Shown one piece after another: positions 23,891 to 35,960 of a DNA stretch of 64,000 nt. Location: positions 20,958,001-21,022,000 of the forward strand of contig NC_087436.1 in assembly GCF_036321535.1 (NCBI RefSeq), read 5' to 3'. A program made the position numbers and the translations under genes. Origin of the DNA: Camelus dromedarius. Lineage: Eukaryota. Numbering within the stretch: the first letter of the stretch is position 1; each line of letters starts with the position of its first letter. The notes under the pieces were generated by a model. The model was not told where the DNA came from. It did no database searches and saw only the letters and a list, made by a program, of their open reading frames with translations.

Positions 23891-25527
23891 AACCTCAGGC
23901 TTCTGGCCACGAGAACGCATGTACATCCTTATTCCCACACACAGAGCACACTTTCCTCTTCTCCACATTGTCACTGCATGTAGCTCAGTTTCCTCACCAA
24001 GTTGAAATATAGTTCTTCACGGTCAGACAATCAAGGAACTAAGAAGACAAGTTACCTGCCCCTGCCGTGCCCCATACATGATGGTGGAGCTGGGCTAGGA
24101 TATTAGCAATAAAAACCACCATCCAAAAAAGAAAAGAGATGAATGTGAAACAAATGTCAGTCACTGGTCCACAGCAATGAGAAATTGATGGGCAAGGACT
24201 GTGAAGTCCAGGCCGGAGAACACATGTCCGTTGTTCTTTGTGTACCTGGCTTTGCACTTGGAAAGGTTCTTCCTGGTGATGACATACCACAGCCACATTT
24301 GACGTGAGCACTGAGATGTGTGCCCTCCTTGAGAGCTATGCAGACTTTGTAACACATTTTCTAATGGTGCCGGGTTGTTTCATAGAGGAAACGGGCAAAT
24401 GCTTTTTCAAGCCAGGCTCAGGGTTACTTTGGTAACAAAAATCCCTTAGAAACTTAAGTGACTTGTAGTTAATGCACTTTCAGTCAGCTCCATTTGTAAC
24501 TGCACCCAAAGTTATTTCTGAGACACGATTCTAAATTTCTTAATTTCTTTGTGTACTTGCATTAATCCTTGCCTCTAACTTAGTGACAGCTCCTCTGAGA
24601 TATCTTAAATCATGGGCTAAGATGAACAATACTCTTGATATAATCTTAGTCATAGGGCTGGATCCTTTTGGCTAATGAGAAGCATTGAGATGTCTTTTTC
24701 TTCTTTTTCAGTCTTATCTCCTATTGTTTCAGGTCCAGAAGCATTTGGTTTCTCCAACACCCGGAGATCCTTAATTTCTTCTTAGAAATAAGCCAGTTCT
24801 TTCCTGAACTTATTCTTTTCTTATAATACATTGCTAAAAGCAATGTTTGATGGCAGAGGGAACAAAAAGTGCCCACTGAGCTGAGAAGGCATCTTGAGAC
24901 CGAAAAATGAGGCAGGCAGCTCCGTAGAATCAATGGATCAGTTTGTCACAGGGTTACTTACTCACGGGGTAGGACCAGGTGGACAACGATCTAGAATTGT
25001 TCGCAGCTGCACTCCACACTGCTGAGGGGCCATGGGGACAATTTACAGTTAACCTAGGGTATAGGGGGCAGGTGCTTGGAAACAGGATGTGAATTACTTA
25101 GTCAAGATTCATGAATGGGTAACTAGTCTTGTGGGAACCAGGAACAAGTCAGCAAAGGTTCTCATCATTGGGGACTAACAGAGTACAGAGGCCAGTTGAT
25201 CCTAAGGATTACTGACCAGTATCCATTAACCACAAGGCATTTGATGATAGAGAACTGATTTACCACACAGTACAGCTCTGGGGGAGGTCAGCAGAAGGAC
25301 AGGAGAAACTGTAAGGGCTCGAGATGGCATCAGTTATGCTAAGAGCCATGCAAGCAGTAACAAACGGCAAACATCAAAACTTGGGCTCCTTCTAAACTAC
25401 AGGTGCAGAAGGCACATTCCCTCTAAGTTTCTGTAGACAACACTCACCAAATAATCATCTCCTGACAAGTAAACACTAACCCAATGCCATTTATTTCAGA
25501 GTTTTGCTATGGTAGCATCCCTACTTC

Positions 25528-25890
25528 TGTATTAGATAGCCTTAATGCTATAGCAGATGAGCCCAAAATTGAAGGGTTCAGCACTATTAAAGTTGTCACT
25601 TTTGCTCATAGAAGTGTCCAGTGTGCTTTGGGGAGGGGAGAGGAGAGATTTCTGTTCCACACAGTCATGCAGGGATCTAGGCTTATAGTGCCTCTTCAGT
25701 CTGCAAAGTCATCTTTCCAATCACCTGGTGGCCAGGAAAAAGAATGGAGAGATGTTCATATGAAGTTTTTTGGGCCAGACTGGCAAATGGTACAAGGGGT
25801 AACCTTCACACACATGTCATTGGCCAGACTTAGTTGCATGACCACAGCTAAATGCCAGAGACTAAGGCCTGTTGTTTTAGCCACTATGTC
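25528..25890 (-). mobile_element. MaLR (MLT1-like) LTR remnant
   Basis: Begins tgtattag; ...ttcacacacatgtcattggccagacttagttgcatgacc...aaatgccagagact resembles the LTR at 22.7-23.9 kb. Confidence 0.5.
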
Positions 25891-26914
25891 CAGTAATACA
25901 GCATCTAATGCCAGTGATGGTTTGCATTCTTCTTGCTCCTTTTCTTAAAGGGACTATGTCTGAACTAAACTGTCTCCATTAAGAATGATGTTTCATTTCC
26001 TGTAAAGTTTTAGTCTATAACCATCATTGTTTAAGAAAGCTCTTTTCTAGCTGTTACAAGATTTTTTTTTCATCATCAGTAGTTACTGAATCCTACCAAG
26101 TGCTTTTTCTTTTTCTGTGGCTCTTGAGAATTTGTAAATTTAAATCTTCCTTTGTCTTGGAATTATTATTTGAATACAACTGTACTTGATTTCAAGCCCA
26201 AGTTTCTTCCACTACAAAAGGACCTGCCAACTACTAAGAAGAAGCTTCTGTGCAACAAAGAAATGAGATTATGAATAGGAATGATTACACTAAAAGAGAA
26301 ACCATGATGCACAGCACTAGTGAAGTACCACAAGTATTCCAGGAATTGAGACAGGGGAGAGCGATCATGTTCACTGCTGGGTTTCAGGGAAGACTCAAAT
26401 GGTCAGAGATGAGACACCAAGTCAGGAAAACATGAGGCATACACACACAAAAATAAGTTAGAACATATGGAGCATAAAATCAGGAGCCCAGGTTGGGAAA
26501 GTAGGCTGGGGTCAGATCACAAGGCACACCTGACGAACCCTAATGCAAATCACACTTTCCAGGGCTAGAGTAAAAGTAGCCTTAGAGTTCAAGAAGGCAT
26601 GATGAACATGTGAGTTGATATTTTCTCCATCTGATAACAGTAAGGGATAAAAAACAAAATGAAAAGAACAGAAAAAAGAGTAACAATAATGGTAACAACA
26701 GATGGATATGTCAATAAGGATCTAGAAAATGGAAAGCAAATTAGAGTGTTGACCCATGAAGTACAAAGGAGGGGGAATGTGATCAGCGCAGTAGGGTTGC
26801 CCCCCCCCTTCCCTAGAGTAAATGAGCTATGTGGGGGGATACCAAGACTGCCTGTGAGTGCCGTTTCCTAGGCCCAGAGATGAGCAGCGGGGAGAGGCTG
26901 GGAGAACTGCTGCA

Positions 26915-27160
26915 GAAGAGCACAGTGGTTAAAAGCACAGGTCTACTGGCCAGGGCACATGGGTTTAAATCCAAGTTCTGCCACTTACCAGTTGTGAGGC
27001 CTTGGATATGTTCTTCAACGTCTCTGGGACTCAGCTGTTCTTTTTCACAAAATGGGCTGATAATAAGAGGAGTATCTCCTCAAAAGACTGAGGTGAGGAA
27101 TGGATGAGTTAATACATAGGAAACATTTTGAAGAGTGCCAGGTGCAATGTTTGTGATCAA
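26915..27160 (+). mobile_element. MIR SINE
   Basis: gcacagtggttaaaagcacagg...gggtttaaatcc...tctgccacttaccagttgtg...aaaatggg...tgagttaatacat. Confidence 0.8.
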
Positions 27161-27436
27161 CTAATGTTGGCTGCCATGAAAAAACATTTGACTTCAAAAA
27201 TTTTACATGTATTACCATGATGATTTGTTCTTTTCAGCCTTTTTTTTTTTTTTTTAATGTCAAACCCATTGCAGTGGGATAGTTGAGACAGAATGAAGGT
27301 CTGAACATAGCCAAGAGCAGAGAATTTGCAAAAGGGGAATGATGACTTCAGGCTGGACTCTGGATGGCCGCCTAGAGGCAAATGAAATCACATACGAGGG
27401 GATGCAAATGAAATGTTGGAGAAAAACTAAGATTCA

Positions 27437-27707
27437 CTCAGGAGGTGGGAAGGAATAAATTGGGAGTTCGAGATTTGCAGACGCTAACTACTATATATAA
27501 GATAGACAACAAGTTTCTACTGTACAGCACAGGGAATTATATTCAGTATCTTTTAGTAACCTATAATGAAAAGGAATATATGTATGTTCATGTATGACTG
27601 AAGCATTATGCTGTACACCAGAAACTGGCACATTGTAAACTGACTATACTTCAATCAAAAAAAATAAAAAATAAAAAAAGTTACCACAGAGGGAAAAAAA
27701 AAAAAAA
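27437..27707 (+). mobile_element. Short L1 3' end with double poly(A) tail and AAGATTCA target-site duplication
   Basis: L1 3'UTR (ctgtacagcacagggaattatattcagtatc...gactatacttcaat). TSD at 27429-27436 and 27708-27715. Confidence 0.85.
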
Positions 27708-28651
27708 AAGATTCAAATACCCCAGGTGCCTAGTGGCTAAAACTGCCCTGTGATTTAAAACAAGCAAAAGAGGAAGTTTTTCTACTGTGATCTCTTTGAG
27801 AGCAGGGACTGAGTTTAACTCAGATCTTTGTCTCTAACCAGGGTTTCTGACGGGCTTCCATTGGTATGAGTGGATCTCGATTATAAAGCACCTGCCAGGA
27901 GTGCAGAGTCTTCCAACAGTGAAGAGAATGGCAGGCAGAGGGGTGGGCACACACAGAGAAGGGCCTGACTTTCCAGTGACCTCCGGGGATGATGGCACGT
28001 CCTGCTGAGAACGCTGGGTCACAAATCTCCCAAGGATGCCATGAGGCCCATACTCACAGGAAGGAAAGTCAAAACCACAGGCTCTAGTGTCACCATGTGC
28101 AGAACGCCCTCCCACCCCACACACCAGCCGCCATGACTGCCTTACTGAGGAGCTGGGGGAGGGGCGTCCCAGGCTTCTTCTCCCCTGTCCTGAAAGGCAA
28201 GGGGTGGCAGGCCCTGGCCACCGGCCACGTGCCTTTCTTTGATTAAGGGGAAGACCGTCACAAATCTCTGTTGTTCAGCATCAGCATACAAATAACTGTA
28301 TACATACTGTGACCTTCCCAAGTGACCACCTCAAATGTCTAAAATCCAGAGTACACTGGAAGCCTCAGGACGCTGCTTAACAGTCACATTATGCTGTGAT
28401 CTGTCAGGTTTAGTAACAAGGAATGGTGTTTGTTGTTATGTTTAAAAGATTACAGATGGACCCCATGATAAGAGCTCCTGGTGTGTGTATCTGTCTGTCT
28501 GTCTAGATGAAGGTATCATAACTAATTTTAGTTGTCTTCTTTTCACATTTTCCTACCTTCTAAGTTTTCTATAATAAGCCTGTATTATATTTTTAAAGAA
28601 AAAGATACAATAAAAAGTCATTAACTTTTTCAAATTAAAAAAAAAAAATCA

Positions 28652-28790
28652 GGAGAGGGTATAGCTAAAGTGGCAGACTGCATGCCTAGCATGCATGAGG
28701 TCCTGGGTTCAATCCTCAGTACCTCCATGAAAAAAATAAATAAGTGAACCTAATTACCCACCTCTGCAAAAAAAAAAAAAAGAAAAGAAA
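28652..28790 (+). mobile_element. tRNA-Ala-derived SINE (camelid Vic-1-like)
   Basis: gggtatagct...agcatgcatgaggtcctgggttcaatcctcagtacctcca, then aacctaattacc and poly(A). TSD AAAAAAAATCA on both sides. Confidence 0.9.
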
Positions 28791-31700
28791 AAAAATCATG
28801 TCAAGACTGATGCTAAAACACATTTCCCTAGTGGAGAGAATACATTAATCTACATGGGGTTTTACTTATGATTGATAAAAACAGTCATCCAAATCTACAA
28901 GTTCGTTCACTCTGTTGCATATCTAACATGTTTCAGAGACTGTTTAATTGTGTCTTACTGAGAACTGTGACTCCCAGTTCAAATCAGAGACAAGAATTTC
29001 ACTTCCACAGCAGGGATCCAAAAAGTTCTTCCCTACAGATGGGTTTGGGAATAGAATTTGAGATGATGAACTTTGTTGAGTGGTTCCTATTTTTCTGAGC
29101 TTGGCTTTGAACTTATCTGTCCCTTACAGTCATTCTTAGAATTGATCTCACGCTTAGGTCAATCATTCTGCGATGAAGAATACAATTTCCCAAAGTCCAT
29201 TTTTCCAAGTTTTATGACCTGAGTTCAACTTGAGTTCACATTATTAGTTGATGAACATCTCTCAATGAAGCTTATTAACTAGAACTGCTGTCTCAGTTTG
29301 GGTCTCTTCCAAATGGTTTTGCCAAATGCTATCAGGGCACCATACGTTGGGGAATTTGTTATTCCAGCCTCTACTTAAGTTACTCAGAGGACGTCCTTGA
29401 CCTTTCTCATGGCTCTTCTCTCTTGCGGGTGATGTGCTCTGAGGAAAACAAAGTAATTTTTAGAACTTTTCTTTCAACTGAAGTTGAGTAATTATTTCAA
29501 ATATTGCCAACCATATGAAAATTAGTTCCATTCTCAGCTAAAAGATATTATCTTTAAATCAAAAGCAATCAGTTTAATGTCTTACTTAACCTTAATCAAT
29601 TAAATTATTTCTAGTTCTACTAAAGAGTAAAGGTGCTGAATATTTTAATTTCCTTATGTCAAAGTACCCCCATCCCTAGGCATTTTGAAATTAAAGAAAA
29701 GGGGCACTGAAAAGTGACCACCATCATTTATAACTAACTGAAAAGCATACGTGAGATTATCTGTATCAGCCTCATCTTTTGTCTTCCAGCCTCTACTCAC
29801 ATTTCTTGTACTCTCTCCATCACAAAGCAATGAGAGTAATCTTTCTAAAACATAAGTTAGATCATATACTCTCCCTACTTAAAATCTCCAATGGGCCTCC
29901 CATCACACCAGAGTAAAACCCCCACTTCTTAGCACGCTCTTCAAGGACCTAACCTGTCTACATGGCCAGCCTTACCTTCCCTCCCCCACCCACTCTCCAA
30001 CCCTCTTTCTTGTTTATGAGGCTCCAGCCAAATCCTGTTCCTGAACTCCAACACACTTCACTTGCTCCTTTCTCAGGAACTTTATTCTTTTTTTTTTTCT
30101 CCTTTTTCTCTCTTACCTTTGTTGGGCTGCCCTCTTATAATCATTCCTGTCTCACATCTTCAAAGAAGATTGTTGGTGATTTTGTTTGTTTGTTTGCTTT
30201 GTTTACAACGATATCCCCAAACCTGAACACAGTGAGTGGAATATGGAAAAACTCAGTAAAATGTTGTTGAATGAAATAGGTCTCCCAGCCTAGCCGAGGT
30301 AAAGCAGTTTCCTCTCTCTCCCGGACTCCACTCAACTCCATCTCATTTCTTTCCTTTATTTTCTTCCTAGCACTCAGTTCCTAGGACTATGCTCTTCATT
30401 TGTTAACTGGTTACTGAGAAGTCTCACTTCAATAGGGTAAAAAAGATTCCATCTTTTATTCACATACACTATATGGAATATGCCTTTCTTATTCCTTAAT
30501 GTCATCACAGAGAGATAAACGTTCTAGTCTCTTTTGCTGTTAAAACTCTTCCAGTTTCAAAATGCTAATCTTGTTCCTAATTCAAAGCTCTGTGGCTACC
30601 CTCCTCCTTCTAGGCTTTAGCTCCTCTGGGGTTGGAAGTAGAGAACAGAAAGCAGGAAGAGGACATCTTTTGACTTAAAGTAGGTGGTCGTGGTCATGTG
30701 CTTAATGGTGGCAATGGCTGAGCTGGCTTACACAGTCTGGCCACCAGTGGACTCTGGGAGTCAAAGTTCAATTCTGGGCTTCTCAAAGTCAGAGAGGGGG
30801 ATTCATGCCAGCTTTGCCTCTTCTATTCTTGTTCAATTCTCATCACCAAGTTCTTAAACCAAGGCTCTTACTCTTGGTGTCCCCTGGCTTGGAGGCAGGC
30901 TTCTTGTGTAAGGTACTAGCAGGGTAATTCTTCAGCCACTTTCCACTTGATATTTTGGATATTCTAGCATCTTTACACACCAAATGAATGGTGTTCAGAT
31001 GCTCAACTACTGCCCTTCTCTGACCCCACTGTTCAGCCTCAATTCTCCTCCCCCACTCAGGTAGGAATAGGAGCACACTGGTGAAATGCTGCCCAAACAG
31101 CCTTCCAGCGTTAAACAGAATGTTAGTCTCACCCACATTTTTGCAAGCATCCCCAATTTTCTTTCAGTTTCCCTTTCTCTTTTCCCACTTAGATTTCTGC
31201 AAATGGAGAGCACCCTTCTCCCATTCACCATGGGGTGAAGTGGGAATCATGGCTGGCCATACATTCCCACCAGGTCCCTGACAAGGAAGTGCTAGTGAAT
31301 CTCTCCAAGCCACTTTCCTCACTTGTACACCCCGATCTGGCAGAAGGTCTGGTTCTACAAACTCTATGAAAGCCCTGAGAGGAGGTCCAGCACCAACAGT
31401 GAGCAGCAACTCAATAGTTCTCTGAAGAGTGAGGTGGTCCTCAGTCTTTCTTACTCTTGGTTGTGGATCTGAGTGCACAACTACAAGAAAATAGGGGTAG
31501 TCTCAGCAAACCCCTTAGCATTAGCTTACCCACTTATTACATGCCACTTACACACCCACAGATACCAGCATGTACGCTTTTGAGGGAAATTACTCTGGGG
31601 GCCTCTATGTGCCTAGAAGAATGAGACAGAGGGAGATATCACTTAAAAATATCTGTAGCATGACTGACAGACTGACTAGAAAGTTTCAAATACTTTCTTA

Positions 31701-32587
31701 AGACATATAAAATGTGCTAGAGCAATGATCACTTCTTATAAAAACATTTAATACTTCAATGTTGTTTTTCAAAGCATCTAAATTGGCCAAAACTCATTAT
31801 ACCTTCTGACCAACAAACTTCTATTCAAATTTTTAGGCACATATATTTCAAAATTGCACTAATTTACTTTCAGCCTCATTCATGTTTTAAAATGCAAATG
31901 AAAACAACAGTATCATCCAGATGCTCCAAAACGCCCATTCATTTACCCTTTTTATAAATTCTAATAAGTATTAAAACCTTAAAAGGCAGACATATGCTGT
32001 TATATACTGATTACTTCTTCTTATCTTATACCCTACACACACATCTGTAGGAACTTTTTTCTGTAAGACTGATATATTTCCTCTATCATTTATACTGTTT
32101 ATACTAGTATCATTTATACAAGAGAATTGCAGACAAGCTGGAAATAAAGTTACACAAAGAAAAGCAAGGAAAACATTTGGGTAGGTCAATGGTAGAATAA
32201 AAGAAAATAAATGACTGCAGACAATACGAAGAAAAATTACTAAGAACAAAATGACACTGAAAGACAATTTCTAAAGGGATGAGTAGCAAGACCTCAGCGT
32301 TTGCCTGTGTCATCCCACCACAGGAGCACTGATTAAAGCAATTGATGGGAGGTGGAGATGGAGTTTTATGGCAGATAGACAGGACCCCATGGTGCACATA
32401 CTGTCCCCAAGCAAGAAAGCATCAGCCTAACAGATTCATCCTCCTCAGATACCATGAAATGTTTAGTGATTTATCCTATCACCTTCAAAAGTGTGAAAAA
32501 AAAAGGCAATTAGTGCGTTTATATATCAAGTACATGGGCCTGTTTACTAGAGGCAACCACAGTTCTTCTTTTTTTGTAAAGAGCTAT

Positions 32588-32927
32588 TTCTATGTCTCTG
32601 AGTCTGTTTTTGTTTTGTAAATAATTCAATAGTATTATTTTTTAGATTCCACAGGCAAGTGGTATTGTATAATATGTCTTTCTCTGTCTGAATTACTTTA
32701 CTCAGTAAGATATTCTCTAGGTCCATCCATGTTGCAGCAAATGAACTATATATAAAGTAAATGAACAATAAGGACCTGCTGTACAGCACAGGGAACTATA
32801 GTCAATATCTTGTAATAACCTATAATGGAAAAGAATCTGAAAAAATATACATATGTATAACTGAATTACTCTGCTATATACCTGAAACTAACACAATATT
32901 GTAAATCAACTATACTTCAATTTAAAA
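32588..32927. mobile_element. L1 3' end with 5' inversion (twin priming)
   Basis: Antisense segment 32588-~32743 (FAATWMDLENILLS in ORF 32547..32789, - strand) joined to a sense 3'UTR and A tail. TSD AAAGAGCTAT at 32578 and 32928. Confidence 0.9.
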
Positions 32928-33725
32928 AAAGAGCTATGTGCAGTTTAGTGAAAGGAGGGGAATGGCGGTTATTAATCCACTTTACTTGTTTAGTGGTAAA
33001 TACTAAAGAAAATGCCATGAGGTTGTAAGAAGTCCAAACAATTGCATAAAAGGTAAAAATCACAGTCCATTTTGTATCAGTTCCTGGTTGATTTCCAACA
33101 AAACAGTTGCTCCCAATCCCAAATTCACTATTCACATCACTCACCTAATAAAAAGGGATAAAATGATACATCATTTGGAAACACCACACATTAGCAGACT
33201 ATTTAAAGACAGGTGAACAAAAAGAATAATTTTAAGGAGTTCTTCAAAAAGTCGAGCATGTCAAGAGAAGTTGGCAGTTTAAGAAAACATTCACAAATTC
33301 CTTCTATTTGAAATATGTTTAGATGAACCAAAAGAATAAATAAAAGTATTTTTTAAAAGTTAATAGCATCCTAAATTAGGAAATAACCCCAATTTCACAC
33401 TAGAAATCTGCAGAATATCTGCTTTGGACCAAATGGAGAGAGGGCACTGGAGCTGGCATAACATATCTATGTAAGGGCACAGGGCAGAGCTGCAAGAAGT
33501 ACACAGAGGAATTTGGAAGGGTCCTACTTCTATTTTTTATTCACTTGTGCTGTTTAAGAAAGAAGCATGACCTTGTGAAGAAAACTGTGAAGCTACTGAG
33601 GAATCTAGAGGAGAGCTCTTAAATCATGGCAGGTCCTTGGAAAGGAGGCTGTAATGTCATAAAGAGATCGATTCTCCTCCAGATCAACCTATAAATGCAA
33701 TGCAGTTAAAATATCAGTGATATTA

Positions 33726-33860
33726 GGAGGGAAGGGTATAAATAGCTCAGTGGTAGAGCCCATGCTTAGCATGCATGAGGTCCCCTAGGTTCAATTCCCA
33801 GTACCTCCATTAAATAAATAAATAAATAAATAACCCTAATTACCTCCTTCTTCCCCCTAA
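33726..33860 (+). mobile_element. tRNA-Ala-derived SINE (camelid Vic-1-like)
   Basis: tagctcagtggtagag...cttagcatgcatgagg...ggttcaattcccagtacctcca, (TAAA)n and aaccctaattacctcc tail. Confidence 0.9.
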
Positions 33861-33889
33861 AAATTAATGATATATTTTGGAACACGACA

Positions 33890-34140
33890 AGCAATAACCA
33901 TTGACATTTGTTGAAAACTACTATATGCCAGGCAGGGTTCTGTGCATTTTACAAAACAATTCAATTAATTCTCACAAGAACTCTGTCAGGTATATTAATT
34001 CCCATTTTACAGATGACAAAACAGAGGCACATGGAGCCTACGTAATTTTCCAAGAGTATAAGTATGCAGCAGAGTCAGAATTTAAACCCAGAGCAGCCTG
34101 ACTCCACAGCCTGCACAGATAACCACTGTGTTCTACTGTC
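33890..34140 (-). mobile_element. MIR SINE
   Basis: actatatgccaggca...cccattttacagatgacaaaacagaggcac...tttaaacccag...ctgactcca. Confidence 0.85.
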
Positions 34141-34172
34141 CCTCTGACAAAATTATTATAAAGTTTAGTAGG

Positions 34173-34390
34173 CAGTGGTTCTCAAAGAGGCCAATTTCCC
34201 CCCAGCCCTAGAGACTTTCAGCAGTGTTTGAAGACATTCTTGGTTGTCTCAGCTGATGGGGTGGTGTTACTGGCATTTAGTGGGTCGAGGTCAAGGATGC
34301 TGCTAAACATCTACAGTGCACAGGATGGGCCCCCACAACAAATAATCATCCAGCCCAAAATGCCAGCAGTGCTGAGGGTAAGAAACCCTG
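34173..34390. mobile_element. MER20 (hAT-Charlie) DNA transposon MITE
   Basis: TIR-like ends CAGTGGTTCTCAA and TAAGAAACCCTG. Internal actggcatttagtgggtcgaggtcaaggatgctgctaaacat...ccagcccaaaatg matches MER20. About 218 bp. Confidence 0.9.
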
Positions 34391-34419
34391 ATCTAGAAGA
34401 ATGAATGTGTGCAAGCAGC

Positions 34420-35960
34420 CAGGAAAATCCTGAAAATGAAGACTAACGAATGGGAACTTCTCTGGCCAGGTATTATAACATAATAAAAAGCTTTGTTAAT
34501 TAAATGTTAATCAAAAGAGCATAGTGTAGGTAAAGAAACAGATATTCAGATAAACAGAATGTGACAGAGACTGTAACTCATGTATACGCCCGAATGTATG
34601 TAATAATTCAGTGCATAAGGAGAATGGCTTTCAACAATAAGAGATAGATTGTTTTTTATATTCAGAAAACTTGTTAGAATCCCCAAGAAGGAAAATAATG
34701 GATATCTATTAATTATTCTTTACCACATAATACATTTAATATGATTAAGATGTAAAAAGGAAACCAGAAAAATACTAAAATAAAATACGGATTAAGTCTT
34801 TCAGTATGAGCAGTTAAAGACACCGTTTTGCAGACACACAGAAATTCTCAATAAATATAGCAAACCTACTTTTACTGGGGTTGGGGGAGACTAAGGATGG
34901 AGGACGTTGATACCTAGTGACTTAGATTTTAATATAACTTTATATAAATAAATACATTTTATTTGTTGAATATAAATATATATATACTATAACTTTGGAA
35001 AATGTCACATACTGTTTAAAAGAAAAATCTTTCAAACAAAAGGACATAAAGAAGTTGAAAGTAAAGGGACACTAAAAGGTGTACACAGAAAATACCAACT
35101 GAAAAAAAAGCTGGTGACTCTCTGGGACACTGGAAAATTCTCTCTTGATCCAGGTGGTGGGTACATACATGGTGGCTGTGTACTTAAGAAAAATTTCACT
35201 GAGCTCAATCCTTAAGATTAGCACTCTCCAGGCTCTTTGCTGTATGTATATTAAATCTCAATAAAAAAGTAAACAGACTGTAAAAAATATAAAAAGTTGG
35301 TGTAGCTGTATCAATATCAGACAAAATCAACTTGCAGATAAAGCTTTTTCAGAGATAAAGAAGACCATCATATGATTATAAAATGGATTCTGTAGGAAGT
35401 CGTAACAATGATTAAATAGCTTCCTAGAATATAAAGCAACAAATAGGAAAACATTAAACACTTGAAAACATTCGTCACTTTAGAAAGACTAAAAGTTAAC
35501 TAAATATGAGCTCAAGAAAGTTAGAAAAACAGAAAGAAAAAGCAAAAGAAAGTAGAAGGAAGAAATAATAAAGAGCAGAACTTGTTAAATAGAAGGTGAA
35601 GTGAGCTGCCTAGATCACACAGCTGGAGGGAAGACCGAGAAACAGAGGTGAGATTTGTTCTCCTACATGAAACAACAATACTAAATAAACAAGCCAACAA
35701 ACAAAATATAGGAAACAATGAGTTTCAGACCCTGGACACAGGGTGGCATCAAGATAGTGACCCCCAAGCGAGAGGAAACCTGAAGAGCTTCCAGACATCC
35801 TGCAGGGTCTCCCAGAGATTAGGAGACAGAGCTGAGTCCAAGGAAAGCTGAGGGGGCTGGAGCTCTCAGGGCAGAGGGTCTTGAAGAAAAACCTGCACAA
35901 AGAGCTCTAGAAATGTGCAGAGTGGTCTTCATTTGAGCACTGATCAGCACGTGCATTTGA
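34420..35960 (+). mobile_element. Cluster of ancient L1 fragments
   Basis: Degenerate ORF2/endonuclease-like A-rich sequence (gtagctgtatcaatatcagacaaaatcaac...gagataaagaag) plus a 3'UTR piece near 35.1-35.3 kb. Confidence 0.55.

Noticed and set aside
25484..25948. Longest ORF in the track (154 aa)
   Set aside because: Lies across a MaLR LTR remnant with no recognisable protein similarity.
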